Shown piece after piece: positions 47,423 to 56,311 of a stretch of 64,000 nucleotides of DNA. The DNA comes from an uncultured Spirochaetota bacterium. GTDB lineage: Bacteria > Spirochaetota > Brevinematia > Brevinematales > JAOACQ01. The DNA lies in the NCBI GenBank assembly GCA_963768055.1, contig CAVYGN010000001.1, forward strand, positions 1,504,001-1,568,000, in the 5' to 3' direction. Numbering within the stretch: position 1 is the first letter of the stretch; each line of letters begins with the position of its first letter. Position numbers and translations under genes: made by a program. The notes under the pieces are model-generated. The model was given only the letters and a program-made list of their open reading frames with translations, had not been told where the DNA came from and made no database searches.

Positions 47423-48670
47423 TTATCTTTTTATTCTGTCAATAGTTGTTTTTTCAAAACCGGCGGCCCCAAAAGGTTTTTGAAGGAATACCAGGGCCAG
47501 GAGCGCCAGGTCTGCCGTCATCACCGCTCCGCCCATTACCCATAAAAAAACATTCAGGGAAAAATAGCTCAAGGTTAAATAATATAATCCCGCAAGCAGC
47601 GCTAAAATAAGCCAAACAGCCGCACTGATAAGCTTAATATTCCTTGCAATAGAATAATTTAATATATTCAGCATTATTCCCAGGGGAAGGCTTGCTATAA
47701 TATAAACAGGCAGAATTTCTGCTGCGGGAAGATACTTTTCGCCGGATAAGAACATTACAATCCATTTCCCGAAGATCACCGTAAAAAAAGACGCCAGGGA
47801 AAACGACAGCACAGTCAGCAATATTCCCGCCCAAAAATGCCCTTTCCTGTTCTTAAGCGAATATGAAAAAACTACATTCGAGAAAAACAGGGAAAGCGTA
47901 ATAAGGTTCTTGCCGAACTGGGCGCAAAGGGAAAGATAACCGCTCTCTACCCCTCCTATACAATATTTAACAATAATCAGGTCAAGCGCGTATATCAGTC
48001 CGAACGGAACTAGAACGAGACATGTATTCAGATAGGTACCTAGAAGGCCCCAATTGATTTTTAACTCCCTTTTTTCAAATATAACCCGGACAAAAGGCCC
48101 CAAAAGCAGAAAAATCGCGGCAGCGCTTCCAACGATAGAAGCCCCAAGCGCTCCCATTACTTTCCACCCGGCTATGATCAAAAAAAACGCCGCTGCGGCC
48201 CTTATTACCATCTCCATGCCGGTATTGAAGCTTAATTTAAGGAATTCCATCCGCCCCTGGTAAATACCCCTGTAACCGGCGATGACGAGCGATAAGGCGG
48301 CTATCCCCGCACCCGCTATAGTGTATGCAGGGTCATTAAGGCGGTAAACCAGTTTAAAAAAAGGGTATAAGGCAAGGATAATGCAGAAGATAATAAACCC
48401 GGAAAGCCAGAAATCGAGGGATAATTCCTTTACAGCCAGGGATGTTGACTCTATTTTATTTACTGTCACATACTTGGCCGATGCAAGCTGAAGGGATGAG
48501 TTGGCCCAGGTCAGCCCGATTAAAAAATAAAAAAAGGCGTTAAAAATACCGTAATATTCAGGCCCCATGAGCCTGCTGGCTATAGAGGTAAAAGCAAAAT
48601 TAGAAGCGGTAACAATTCCGAAACCGCAAATGTAGTAAAATGTGTTCTTTGAATAATTATCAGATTTCAA
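47423..48670 (-). CDS. Wzx-like oligosaccharide flippase (MOP superfamily)
   Basis: About 12 TM segments, SRLMGPEYYG, RGIYQG, LDLIIVK. Confidence 0.75.
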   Translation of the reverse strand: MKSDNYSKNTFYYICGFGIVTASNFAFTSIASRLMGPEYYGIFNAFFYFLIGLTWANSSLQLASAKYVTVNKIESTSLAVKELSLDFWLSGFIIFCIILALYPFFKLVYRLNDPAYTIAGAGIAALSLVIAGYRGIYQGRMEFLKLSFNTGMEMVIRAAAAFFLIIAGWKVMGALGASIVGSAAAIFLLLGPFVRVIFEKRELKINWGLLGTYLNTCLVLVPFGLIYALDLIIVKYCIGGVESGYLSLCAQFGKNLITLSLFFSNVVFSYSLKNRKGHFWAGILLTVLSFSLASFFTVIFGKWIVMFLSGEKYLPAAEILPVYIIASLPLGIMLNILNYSIARNIKLISAAVWLILALLAGLYYLTLSYFSLNVFLWVMGGAVMTADLALLALVFLQKPFGAAGFEKTTIDRIKR

Positions 48671-48860
48671 TTAAAAACATCCTGTTTAAAACCATGGGTT
48701 AAATTCTAAGGGCAAAAAATCAAGCATTTATTTTAAAGCAAAAAGGGCTTAATTACAAGAGCAAAAAACAATAAATTGTCTTGAAATTTGTAAAAAACAT
48801 TTATATTTTTAACAAAACCCCTTAAAATAAAACCCGGACTTATTCAACAAGGGGTCTTAT

Positions 48861-49415
48861 ATGAGAGTAAGGAAATTCCTGATCAGGCTTCTTATCATAT
48901 TTATTTTTCTCGCGGTCATCAGCGCGTCATTGTATTTCATTCAGGTTTTTTTTCATCCCTTCGATTCCCAGATAAACAGCCTTATCGACTGGATCAATTA
49001 TATAAACAAGGCGGGTTCTTATTCGCTTATCGCCGGCATCACGCTGGGTTCGATCGTTTTTATCATTGCTATCGCATTGTTCCCCCTCCTTCTCAGTGGA
49101 ATAAACAGGAAGAATTACTGGTCAAGCATCCAGAAGGGCCTGCTCTCCTCATTTGTTTTCTTTATTTCACAGATCTTTTATAAATACGCGGAAAAATTGG
49201 GGGAAATTTATTTCTATCTCGCTCTTTTCGCGATTATCGTAACCACGCTGATACTTGTAGAAATAATAACGCTTTCCATGAAAGAGGGCAAAGAGGAGGA
49301 GGTCCGCACCGATATTATTGCCGCCATTTCTTCAGGTCTTATTTTCGGGGTCCTGATCAGGCTTATTGAACTGGGATTACACGAGGTTAAAAACCTTCTT
49401 TCTTTTATGCCATAA
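48861..49415 (+). CDS. membrane hypothetical protein
   Basis: 184-aa ORF with about 5 TM segments. Confidence 0.65.
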   Translation: MRVRKFLIRLLIIFIFLAVISASLYFIQVFFHPFDSQINSLIDWINYINKAGSYSLIAGITLGSIVFIIAIALFPLLLSGINRKNYWSSIQKGLLSSFVFFISQIFYKYAEKLGEIYFYLALFAIIVTTLILVEIITLSMKEGKEEEVRTDIIAAISSGLIFGVLIRLIELGLHEVKNLLSFMP

Positions 49416-50675
49416 AAAAGAATCGAGCATCAATACGGCGAGGACCGCATAACCGACCGCTCCGATAACCAGGCTTACCTGGACAAGGTCTTTGTGGAAT
49501 AGGACAATACCTGAAACCTGAAGCAGGACGCCGGCAAAAATGGCCGCCGAATAAAACAGTTTCTGCGAGATAATATAATAATTGATGAGAAAACTTATAA
49601 GGGCGTAGGGCAGAAACATAAAGGCGTATATAGGTAGAATGTTTTCCATCCCTATAAATTTACCCCCGAATATTCCCACCGAAAGGAACCGGCTTATAAA
49701 AGCAAGGAAAGCGCAGAACGATATTAGTACAAGAAGTAGAAACAAAAAAGCCCTCAAATTGGACCTGGTCATATTTTCCCTGTCCTTCGACATGAATGGA
49801 AGCATAACAAACGACAAGGAATTTGCAATGAAAAACGACGCTATTCCAAACTGTTTGACCATCGAATATGTCCCAACCAGCTCTTCAAGATAATGCCTTA
49901 CAAGGATCGTATCGAGATAAATTATCAACTGGAAAGCGAAAACCGACAAAAAACCCGTAAGAAACGACCTCATTATTTTGCCCATATCGATAAAATCGGG
50001 GGTTGTTTCATCCGGGCCTCTCAAGAGCCCGCTCCTTTTAACAAATAAATAAAAATCTGCGGTCAGGTAGGCGGCGCTGATAATAAAAGACATAAGGACG
50101 CCTCCGAGAGCGCCGAGATAGCTTGAAGTCAGGTATACAAGCCCTACCCCGAGAGCGAATTTGCTTATCACGGCTGTGAGCTTGTATATAATATACTTTT
50201 TATAGTCTTCCCTTGACTGGATCAGGCTTTGAAAAGGGAAGGTAAAGAGATTCATGGCAGCCAGGGCAAAGAAAATTAAAAAGGGCCGGCTGTCGCCAAG
50301 ATGATAATAATCTTTTAAAAAAGGAAGGCCCAGAGCAAGTATACCTGTAATCAAAATTATCAGTATGAAGATTATTAAAAAAACTTTTTTAAGATAGTCC
50401 CTCAGGGCTCCTCCTTTTTTTTCATGGATCAGCCTCGATATATCGGCGCTGAAGACCATCTGCAGTGCCAGGCCGGGTATGCTTACGATCATTAAAAGAG
50501 AAATGAGGGGAACATAGATGCCGTACTGGGCCGGTTCAAGAATTTTCCCTAAAAAAACGGTATATAAAAAGTTTATCGCCCCTTCAGCCGAGGTAACTAT
50601 CGAAATATAAGTCGAGCCTAAAAATATCCTGTTTGAAATTATTTTTTTTACATTACTGCGGATAAAATCAGCCAT
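49377..50675 (-). CDS. Wzx-like oligosaccharide flippase
   Basis: About 12 TM segments, KILEPAQYG, LDTILVRHY. Confidence 0.78.
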   Translation of the reverse strand: MADFIRSNVKKIISNRIFLGSTYISIVTSAEGAINFLYTVFLGKILEPAQYGIYVPLISLLMIVSIPGLALQMVFSADISRLIHEKKGGALRDYLKKVFLIIFILIILITGILALGLPFLKDYYHLGDSRPFLIFFALAAMNLFTFPFQSLIQSREDYKKYIIYKLTAVISKFALGVGLVYLTSSYLGALGGVLMSFIISAAYLTADFYLFVKRSGLLRGPDETTPDFIDMGKIMRSFLTGFLSVFAFQLIIYLDTILVRHYLEELVGTYSMVKQFGIASFFIANSLSFVMLPFMSKDRENMTRSNLRAFLFLLLVLISFCAFLAFISRFLSVGIFGGKFIGMENILPIYAFMFLPYALISFLINYYIISQKLFYSAAIFAGVLLQVSGIVLFHKDLVQVSLVIGAVGYAVLAVLMLDSFLWHKRKKVFNLV

Positions 50676-52816
50676 CAGTCTATCACCTCTATACTCGAAA
50701 TAAAATTACCCATGAGGTTCTGCACGCCGGTCCTGTCAAACCTGACCGTAAGCAGTTTATCCGAAGCGAAAGTGACTTTTCCCCTGCCGAAAGTCCTGTG
50801 AAAGACAATGTCGCCGGCCTTTATTTCACTTATGTCCGATACCGGCCTTCCATGGACGGCATCTTCTCTTTTAAAACGTTCTCCCGCTCTGACGAACGAT
50901 CCGCCTTCCTGGACCTGGACATATTCGCCGGGAATGTCCCTCAGGAACGGCGAAGGCAGGCAGTTCTCGACATTTCCATATTTCATACGCCTTTCGGAAT
51001 ACGACAAATAAAGCCTCTCCCTTGCCCTTGTTATGCCCACATAAAACAGCCTTCTCTCCTCATTCAATTCGGACGCCGAATAGAGGCTCGAAGTATGGGG
51101 AATAAGGCCGGCATTAACGCCGCTTATAAATACAATTTTGAATTCCAGTCCTTTGGCGTTATGTATTGTCATAAGAGACACATAATCCCTGCCGTCGTCG
51201 CTTTCCAGTTCGTCGGAACCGGCCTGCAGGGTAATATCGTTAATGAAATCCTGGATCAGGGCATCGGGATTGGAATTCTCATATTCCTTTACAGAATTAA
51301 TAAGTTCTTCGACGTTTGCCCAGCGGTCAAGGCCGTCTTCATCAAAGTTGAGAATGTATTCCCTGTATCCGATGGAATCTATCAGTACCTTGACGAAATT
51401 CATGGGCGTCATTTTACCTGACGATTCATTTAACTCCTTAAGTATATTCCCCAATTCCCTCATCGGCGCGCCGGGGGCAAACTGTAAACCTTCCGGGCCC
51501 AGCAGTATTTCAATAAAAGACATATTAAGACTGACGGAGGCTTTTATTATCTTATCCAGAGTCGCTTCCCCGATCTTCCTTTTCGGTACATTTACTATCC
51601 TCTCGAGGGAAGCGCTGTCGTATGGATTTATTATTAGTTTTATGTATGAGAGAATATCCTTTACTTCCTTCCTGGCATAAAATTTCTGTCCGCCGAATAC
51701 TTTATAAGGGATATTATGGAAAAGCAGCGATTCCTCGAGAAGCCTTGACTGGGCGTTGGTCCGGTAAAATACCGCTATATCCCTGTAATCATGATCCGCC
51801 AGGAGCTTATCTATAGCGTCCACGATCCTGCCGGCCTCTTCCTTATCGGTAATGGCCTCGATAATGGTTATCTTTTCTCCGGGTTTACTGCTGGTCCATA
51901 ATTTTTTATCTATCCGCCCCTCGATCTTTTCTACGACCGCATGCGCGGTCGAGAGGATCACACCGGTCGACCTGTAATTCTGTTCAAGCAGTATGATCCT
52001 TGCCTTGTAATGGTCCTTGAAATCGTTAATATTTTCGACATTGGCACCCCTCCAGCTGTATATCGACTGGTCGTCGTCGCCGACTGCGCAGATATTATCG
52101 GTCGGAGGACAGAAGAGTTTTATAAGCTCATATTGAGCCTCGTTTGTGTCCTGGAACTCATCTATCATGACATATTGCCACAGCGATTGATAAACCGCCC
52201 TTATCTTTTCATTTTCCAGGAATATTTTTATCGGAAGGGAGATCAGATCCGGAAAATCAACTGCCTTATTTCTCCTGAGAATTTTTTCATAATCATTGAA
52301 AACTATAGCCGCAGCCTCGTCTATGGCGGTAACCGCCCTGTTTTTAAACCCGGCGGGGGTAATAAGCGAATCCTTGAGGCTCGATATCCTGTCGGCTATG
52401 CCTGCGGGATTATATGTTTTCGCATCTATCCCCCGGTCTTTCATAATGCTCCTGACAAGGCTCTTCGAATCCGAGGAGTCGTATATGACAAAATCCCTGG
52501 GATACCCTACAGCATCGGGGTTTCTCCGGAGGATCATCACTCCAGTGGAATGAAACGTCCTGACCCATGAATTCGAAGCGTCGATGCCGGAAAGGGCTGA
52601 AATCCTTTCCTTCATCTCCCCGGCCGCTTTATTTGTAAAGGTCACTGCGAGAATATTATGCATAGTTATTTTTTTCATCTTTAAAAGATAGGCGAACCTG
52701 TGAGTTATGACGCGGGTTTTACCGCTCCCCGCCCCCGCAAGTACGAGGAGAGGGCCCTCGGTATGCTCGACGGCTTCCCTTTGCTTTTCATTTAAAGAAT
52801 CAAGGATTAAATCCAT
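50675..52816 (-). CDS. pcrA: ATP-dependent DNA helicase PcrA/UvrD
   Basis: LNEKQREAV, AGAGSGKT, DEFQDTN, VGDDDQSIY, QNYRS, TIHNAKGLEF, EERRLFYVGITRA. Confidence 0.96.
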   Translation of the reverse strand: MDLILDSLNEKQREAVEHTEGPLLVLAGAGSGKTRVITHRFAYLLKMKKITMHNILAVTFTNKAAGEMKERISALSGIDASNSWVRTFHSTGVMILRRNPDAVGYPRDFVIYDSSDSKSLVRSIMKDRGIDAKTYNPAGIADRISSLKDSLITPAGFKNRAVTAIDEAAAIVFNDYEKILRRNKAVDFPDLISLPIKIFLENEKIRAVYQSLWQYVMIDEFQDTNEAQYELIKLFCPPTDNICAVGDDDQSIYSWRGANVENINDFKDHYKARIILLEQNYRSTGVILSTAHAVVEKIEGRIDKKLWTSSKPGEKITIIEAITDKEEAGRIVDAIDKLLADHDYRDIAVFYRTNAQSRLLEESLLFHNIPYKVFGGQKFYARKEVKDILSYIKLIINPYDSASLERIVNVPKRKIGEATLDKIIKASVSLNMSFIEILLGPEGLQFAPGAPMRELGNILKELNESSGKMTPMNFVKVLIDSIGYREYILNFDEDGLDRWANVEELINSVKEYENSNPDALIQDFINDITLQAGSDELESDDGRDYVSLMTIHNAKGLEFKIVFISGVNAGLIPHTSSLYSASELNEERRLFYVGITRARERLYLSYSERRMKYGNVENCLPSPFLRDIPGEYVQVQEGGSFVRAGERFKREDAVHGRPVSDISEIKAGDIVFHRTFGRGKVTFASDKLLTVRFDRTGVQNLMGNFISSIEVID

Positions 52817-52864
52817 AAGGTAGACCCCAAACGAAGTGATAGTCAAATCGGGAGATATTATAAA

Positions 52865-52947
52865 GGGCAGTTCTAATAACTCAAGAATATCACCCTTTGC
52901 GCAAAAAATTTGCTATAACTTTAATACATGCCATATGGGCGCTTCCA
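52865..52947. mobile_element. MITE copy M7 (degenerate right end)
   Basis: GGGCAGTTCTAATAACTCAAGAATATCACCC...ATGGGCGCTTCC, colinear with 35641-35724. Confidence 0.7.
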
Positions 52948-53000
52948 GACGGGGATAAATTGGAGAAATTTTGTTTTCTCTTATAAAACATAACCTGGGA

Positions 53001-54854
53001 TTATAAACCGGATTTCCTGAATTCCAGCAGATAAGCGGTGCTGTCATAAGGTAAATAGGCAGGGTGTATCCGGCTATAATTTACAAAATCAAAGCCAAGT
53101 GAATGGTAACTATTTGTCAAGCCCGGTAAATCTTTTTCAATGTCGGGTTTCTCATAAATTTCAAAAATTCTTTGATTGGTAATTTTATCGAAGAATTTCT
53201 GGAATTGAATACGGTACAACGGTGTTGGGGAGTTATAATCAAACCTGAATATCGGGACATTATCTTTTAATAGTGCTGAACAGCCTGTCCAACTGCGTGT
53301 TATTATCCACATATCAATCTTTTTAATTAGTTTAATTTCATCCTTTCCAGTTACAGTCCTGTCTTTTCCGATCATAGAAATATTTGAGATATAACCGGGA
53401 ATATCCTTGTAAAAAGGTTGCCGCCATCCCCAATCACGGCCCTTGTAAATGTAAAGGCCGTAGCAGAATAACACCTGCATTGAAAACAGAAAAAGAATCA
53501 TTATTCCCGGAGGCCGGGTATTTTTTTTATCCGGGGCCGCAAGCCATTCCAGGCAAATAAGCGACAGGAATATTCCACTTATGACCTCAATAAATAAACC
53601 ATAGCGGATATATCCGGTAGTAAATCCCCATAAAAATCCTGTGCAAAGGATTAAATAGGATAAGATTTTTATGATTTTGCCAGAAATGTCTCTTTTCAGT
53701 ATCACGGCAACAGAAAGAATCAGAGCAGTACAATATCCAAGGAACATCCTTCCACTGTAGACATTCAATTCCGAGAGCCTTTTTGGTACAATGAAACAGT
53801 ATGCGGGCCAGAACAGATATTCAAATATATTTTTTGCTGGCCCCCATCTCATGTCTTTATCCGGGGAAGATGAAATTAGACAATACGGCGACTGGAATAA
53901 TTTATTAAAGAAAGGAAAAACAGGGTTACCCGTGTTTATATAATTAAATATAATATAAATTGATACTGGTAAAAAAAATAAAATTGAGCTAACAAGAAGG
54001 GTTTTCAAATTTATGCCTTTCCGGCTCCTGAACAGGAAGAAACCCAGAAGAATTAAAATAAAAACAACAGCAGTGAATTTCATGGACAAGGCAAAGCCTG
54101 AAAGTATGGCGCAATAATAAAACCATTTTGGGCTGTCATCTTCCCGGCATATTATCAGTTTAAAGACTTCCAATAATAAAGGTATAAATAAGAGGTCTAC
54201 GAGATATGTTGCGAAATTAATCAAAATAAATTCAGTGGAAATAACCAATAAAGCAAAAATACCCAATAAAAAGTCGCTAATTTTAATATTTTTCGATCTG
54301 GCATAGAGTAATAAAAAATCTTTTACCTGTTTATAAATCAGGATAACTACCAAAAAATTTAGTAAAGTTCCGGCACGGTATCCCAGAACTTCCCTGAATA
54401 GATAAAAAAGCCGGTCTGACAGAGGAAATAAAAAGGAGTAGAGCGAAACCGGGAAGAAATGATAAGTAAAGTTACTTTTGAATTGAAAATTCTGGAAAAA
54501 AAGATGGTAGTTGCGGGTATCAAAATTGGTATCCGGGTATGGTAAACGCATTAAGAATAAAGTAAGTAAAGAGAAAAACGCCAGATAATCGATTAAATCA
54601 AATCTGTCCGCTTCAATTTTTATTATATTTATTAAAATTAAAATCAGGATTAAACTGTAAATAATTATGAGTAAAACGGGTATAAAAGGATTTGTTAGAA
54701 AGAAAGAAGCCATAAAGTGAAAAAGGTCAATGCTGAATACAAAAAGGATATAAAAAAGATAAATTAACAAAAAAAGCGGGATTGGTATTCTATTTTGATT
54801 ATCGTTAATCCGGATTATTCTGTAAACAGACTTTAAAGAACTCATTATATTCAC
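53001..54854 (-). CDS. polytopic membrane protein, possible GT-C fold glycosyltransferase
   Basis: Many TM segments, FDTRNYH loop, YLVDL, MKFT, TGNPVFPFFN; AT-rich. Confidence 0.6.
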   Translation of the reverse strand: MNIMSSLKSVYRIIRINDNQNRIPIPLFLLIYLFYILFVFSIDLFHFMASFFLTNPFIPVLLIIIYSLILILILINIIKIEADRFDLIDYLAFFSLLTLFLMRLPYPDTNFDTRNYHLFFQNFQFKSNFTYHFFPVSLYSFLFPLSDRLFYLFREVLGYRAGTLLNFLVVILIYKQVKDFLLLYARSKNIKISDFLLGIFALLVISTEFILINFATYLVDLLFIPLLLEVFKLIICREDDSPKWFYYCAILSGFALSMKFTAVVFILILLGFFLFRSRKGINLKTLLVSSILFFLPVSIYIIFNYINTGNPVFPFFNKLFQSPYCLISSSPDKDMRWGPAKNIFEYLFWPAYCFIVPKRLSELNVYSGRMFLGYCTALILSVAVILKRDISGKIIKILSYLILCTGFLWGFTTGYIRYGLFIEVISGIFLSLICLEWLAAPDKKNTRPPGIMILFLFSMQVLFCYGLYIYKGRDWGWRQPFYKDIPGYISNISMIGKDRTVTGKDEIKLIKKIDMWIITRSWTGCSALLKDNVPIFRFDYNSPTPLYRIQFQKFFDKITNQRIFEIYEKPDIEKDLPGLTNSYHSLGFDFVNYSRIHPAYLPYDSTAYLLEFRKSGL

Positions 54855-54959
54855 TACATTAACCTCTGGAGTTTAAAATAATTTTAAAGTAAGATTATGT
54901 TTATCACAAACTAATAAATGTAAAAAATATGGTGAAAAATCTTCAATGAATAAGACCGT

Positions 54960-55200
54960 GTCCTATTCCTCCAAATTAAAGACAATATGCAACACTATTT
55001 GAAGAAAATTTTTTACGCACCTTATGAAGAAAACGTAAGAACTGCCATCGAAAAACAGCTATTAAAAGTCCACAGTCCATAGTCACAAGTCATCAGGTCT
55101 TATTCCCACCGAATTAAAGACATTATATGCAATTCTATATGAAGTTAATTTTTTTATGCGCATTATGAAGTAAGCGTAAGAACTGCCGCTGAAAAACGGC
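54960..55200. repeat. imperfect ~100-bp direct repeat pair separated by a heptamer array
   Basis: 54960-55059 vs 55097-55200 share AATTAAAGACA, TTATGAAG, CGTAAGAACTGCC and GAAAAAC; AGTCNNN x4 at 55067-55094. Confidence 0.75.
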
Positions 55201-55456
55201 ATAGCAAACGCTAATCAGGAATCGATTATTGTAATTAATCGATTCTTATAAATAATAAAATTTCTAAAATAAAAAAGCATTCCATCAGCGTTTGCTTGCC
55301 GTCTTGAAGCGATGCAGTTCAAGTTTTCGAATAGCGAGATAAAAATTGACTTCATCCGGAAGAATGTTGTTTGATCGTCCCTTGATAATTTCCCCCCGAT
55401 TTATTAAATTATCATAAAAGCACCGATAAGATAAAATATAATATACGGAGGGAGAG

Positions 55457-55768
55457 ATGAGGGAGTTCATAAAAGACGAAGACGGTATCCATTGTCAATA
55501 TACAGTCAAGCATGGCGATAAACAGGATTCCTATTCCTGCACTGTCGAGAGTTTAAGCGAAAGGGCGGTGGATTTTTTAGCCGAAGAGGACGAGGGCTTC
55601 AAGGCCGGCCCGAAGGGCGGCGTCAGGCCCGGGATGACGATCCATGTAGAACTCTCGGAATTATCCCTGCCATGCAAGGTGACCTATGTTGAAACGGGAA
55701 GGGTCGGCGCGAATTTCATCGATTTAACGCCTGTGCAGAAAGAAGAGTTGAAAAAAATCGCGTTTTAA
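55457..55768 (+). CDS. small PilZ-like domain protein
   Basis: ESLSERAV (D-x-S-x-x-G-like) and C-terminal GRVGANFIDLT; GGAGGGAG RBS. Confidence 0.55.
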   Translation: MREFIKDEDGIHCQYTVKHGDKQDSYSCTVESLSERAVDFLAEEDEGFKAGPKGGVRPGMTIHVELSELSLPCKVTYVETGRVGANFIDLTPVQKEELKKIAF

Positions 55769-55774
55769 GAATGT

Positions 55775-55819
55775 TTAACCACGGATGGACACAGATAAAC
55801 ACAGATTATTCAGATTATT
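55775..55819. repeat. left arm of GxxExxY cassette 3 (10-nt period ACACRGATNN)
   Basis: TTAACCACGGATGGACACAGATAAACACAGATTATTCAGATT. Confidence 0.87.
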
Positions 55820-55831
55820 TCATAACTAATA

Positions 55832-56206
55832 TCAGTTCATCATACGCTTAATTTCAATTTTTTGTTTTCCAAAATTAATAATCAAACCTACACGTTTATT
55901 ACTTGCTTTTAAATAATTTAATAATTGAGCTTGATGATTCTCATCTATATTCTTCGCTACTTTTAATTCCACAATAACTTCATCTTCTACATAAATATCT
56001 GCATAATATTCCCCAACCTGTAAACTATCATAATAAACATTCAAAGGTTTTTGTTGAATAGCCGATAAGCCGGTCTTTTTTAACTCGATGCACATTGCAT
56101 TTTCATAGACTTTTTCTAAGAAACCTGTGCCCAATTTGTTGGAAACATTATATGCAGCACCAATAATCTTTTCAGTTATTAAATTTAATTCTTCAGTTTT
56201 TTTCAT
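55832..56206 (-). CDS. GxxExxY protein (PD-(D/E)XK nuclease superfamily)
   Basis: GTGFLEKVYENAM, YADIYVE..IVELK, AQLLNYLK, GLIINFG; start moved to ATG 56206. Confidence 0.95.
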   Translation of the reverse strand: MKKTEELNLITEKIIGAAYNVSNKLGTGFLEKVYENAMCIELKKTGLSAIQQKPLNVYYDSLQVGEYYADIYVEDEVIVELKVAKNIDENHQAQLLNYLKASNKRVGLIINFGKQKIEIKRMMN

Positions 56207-56263
56207 TTTAATCCGGTTATTAGATTTAATTATACAGATAACAACAGAAATAAGCATTTTCCC

Positions 56264-56295
56264 ATCTGTGTGCATCCGTGTTTATCTGTGGTTAA
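56264..56295. repeat. right arm of GxxExxY cassette 3
   Basis: ATCTGTGTGCATCCGTGTTTATCTGTGGTTAA is the reverse complement of 55775-55806 at 26/32. Confidence 0.87.
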
Positions 56296-56311
56296 TTATC
56301 CTGTTTAAATC

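Noticed and set aside
55775..55819. Short repeat arrays as CRISPR
   Set aside because: Units are 7-10 nt with no unique spacers, and there are no cas genes in the window.
56207..56275. N-terminal extension of GxxExxY ORF 3 (MHTDGK...)
   Set aside because: It starts inside the repeat arm; paralogue lengths support ATG 56206.
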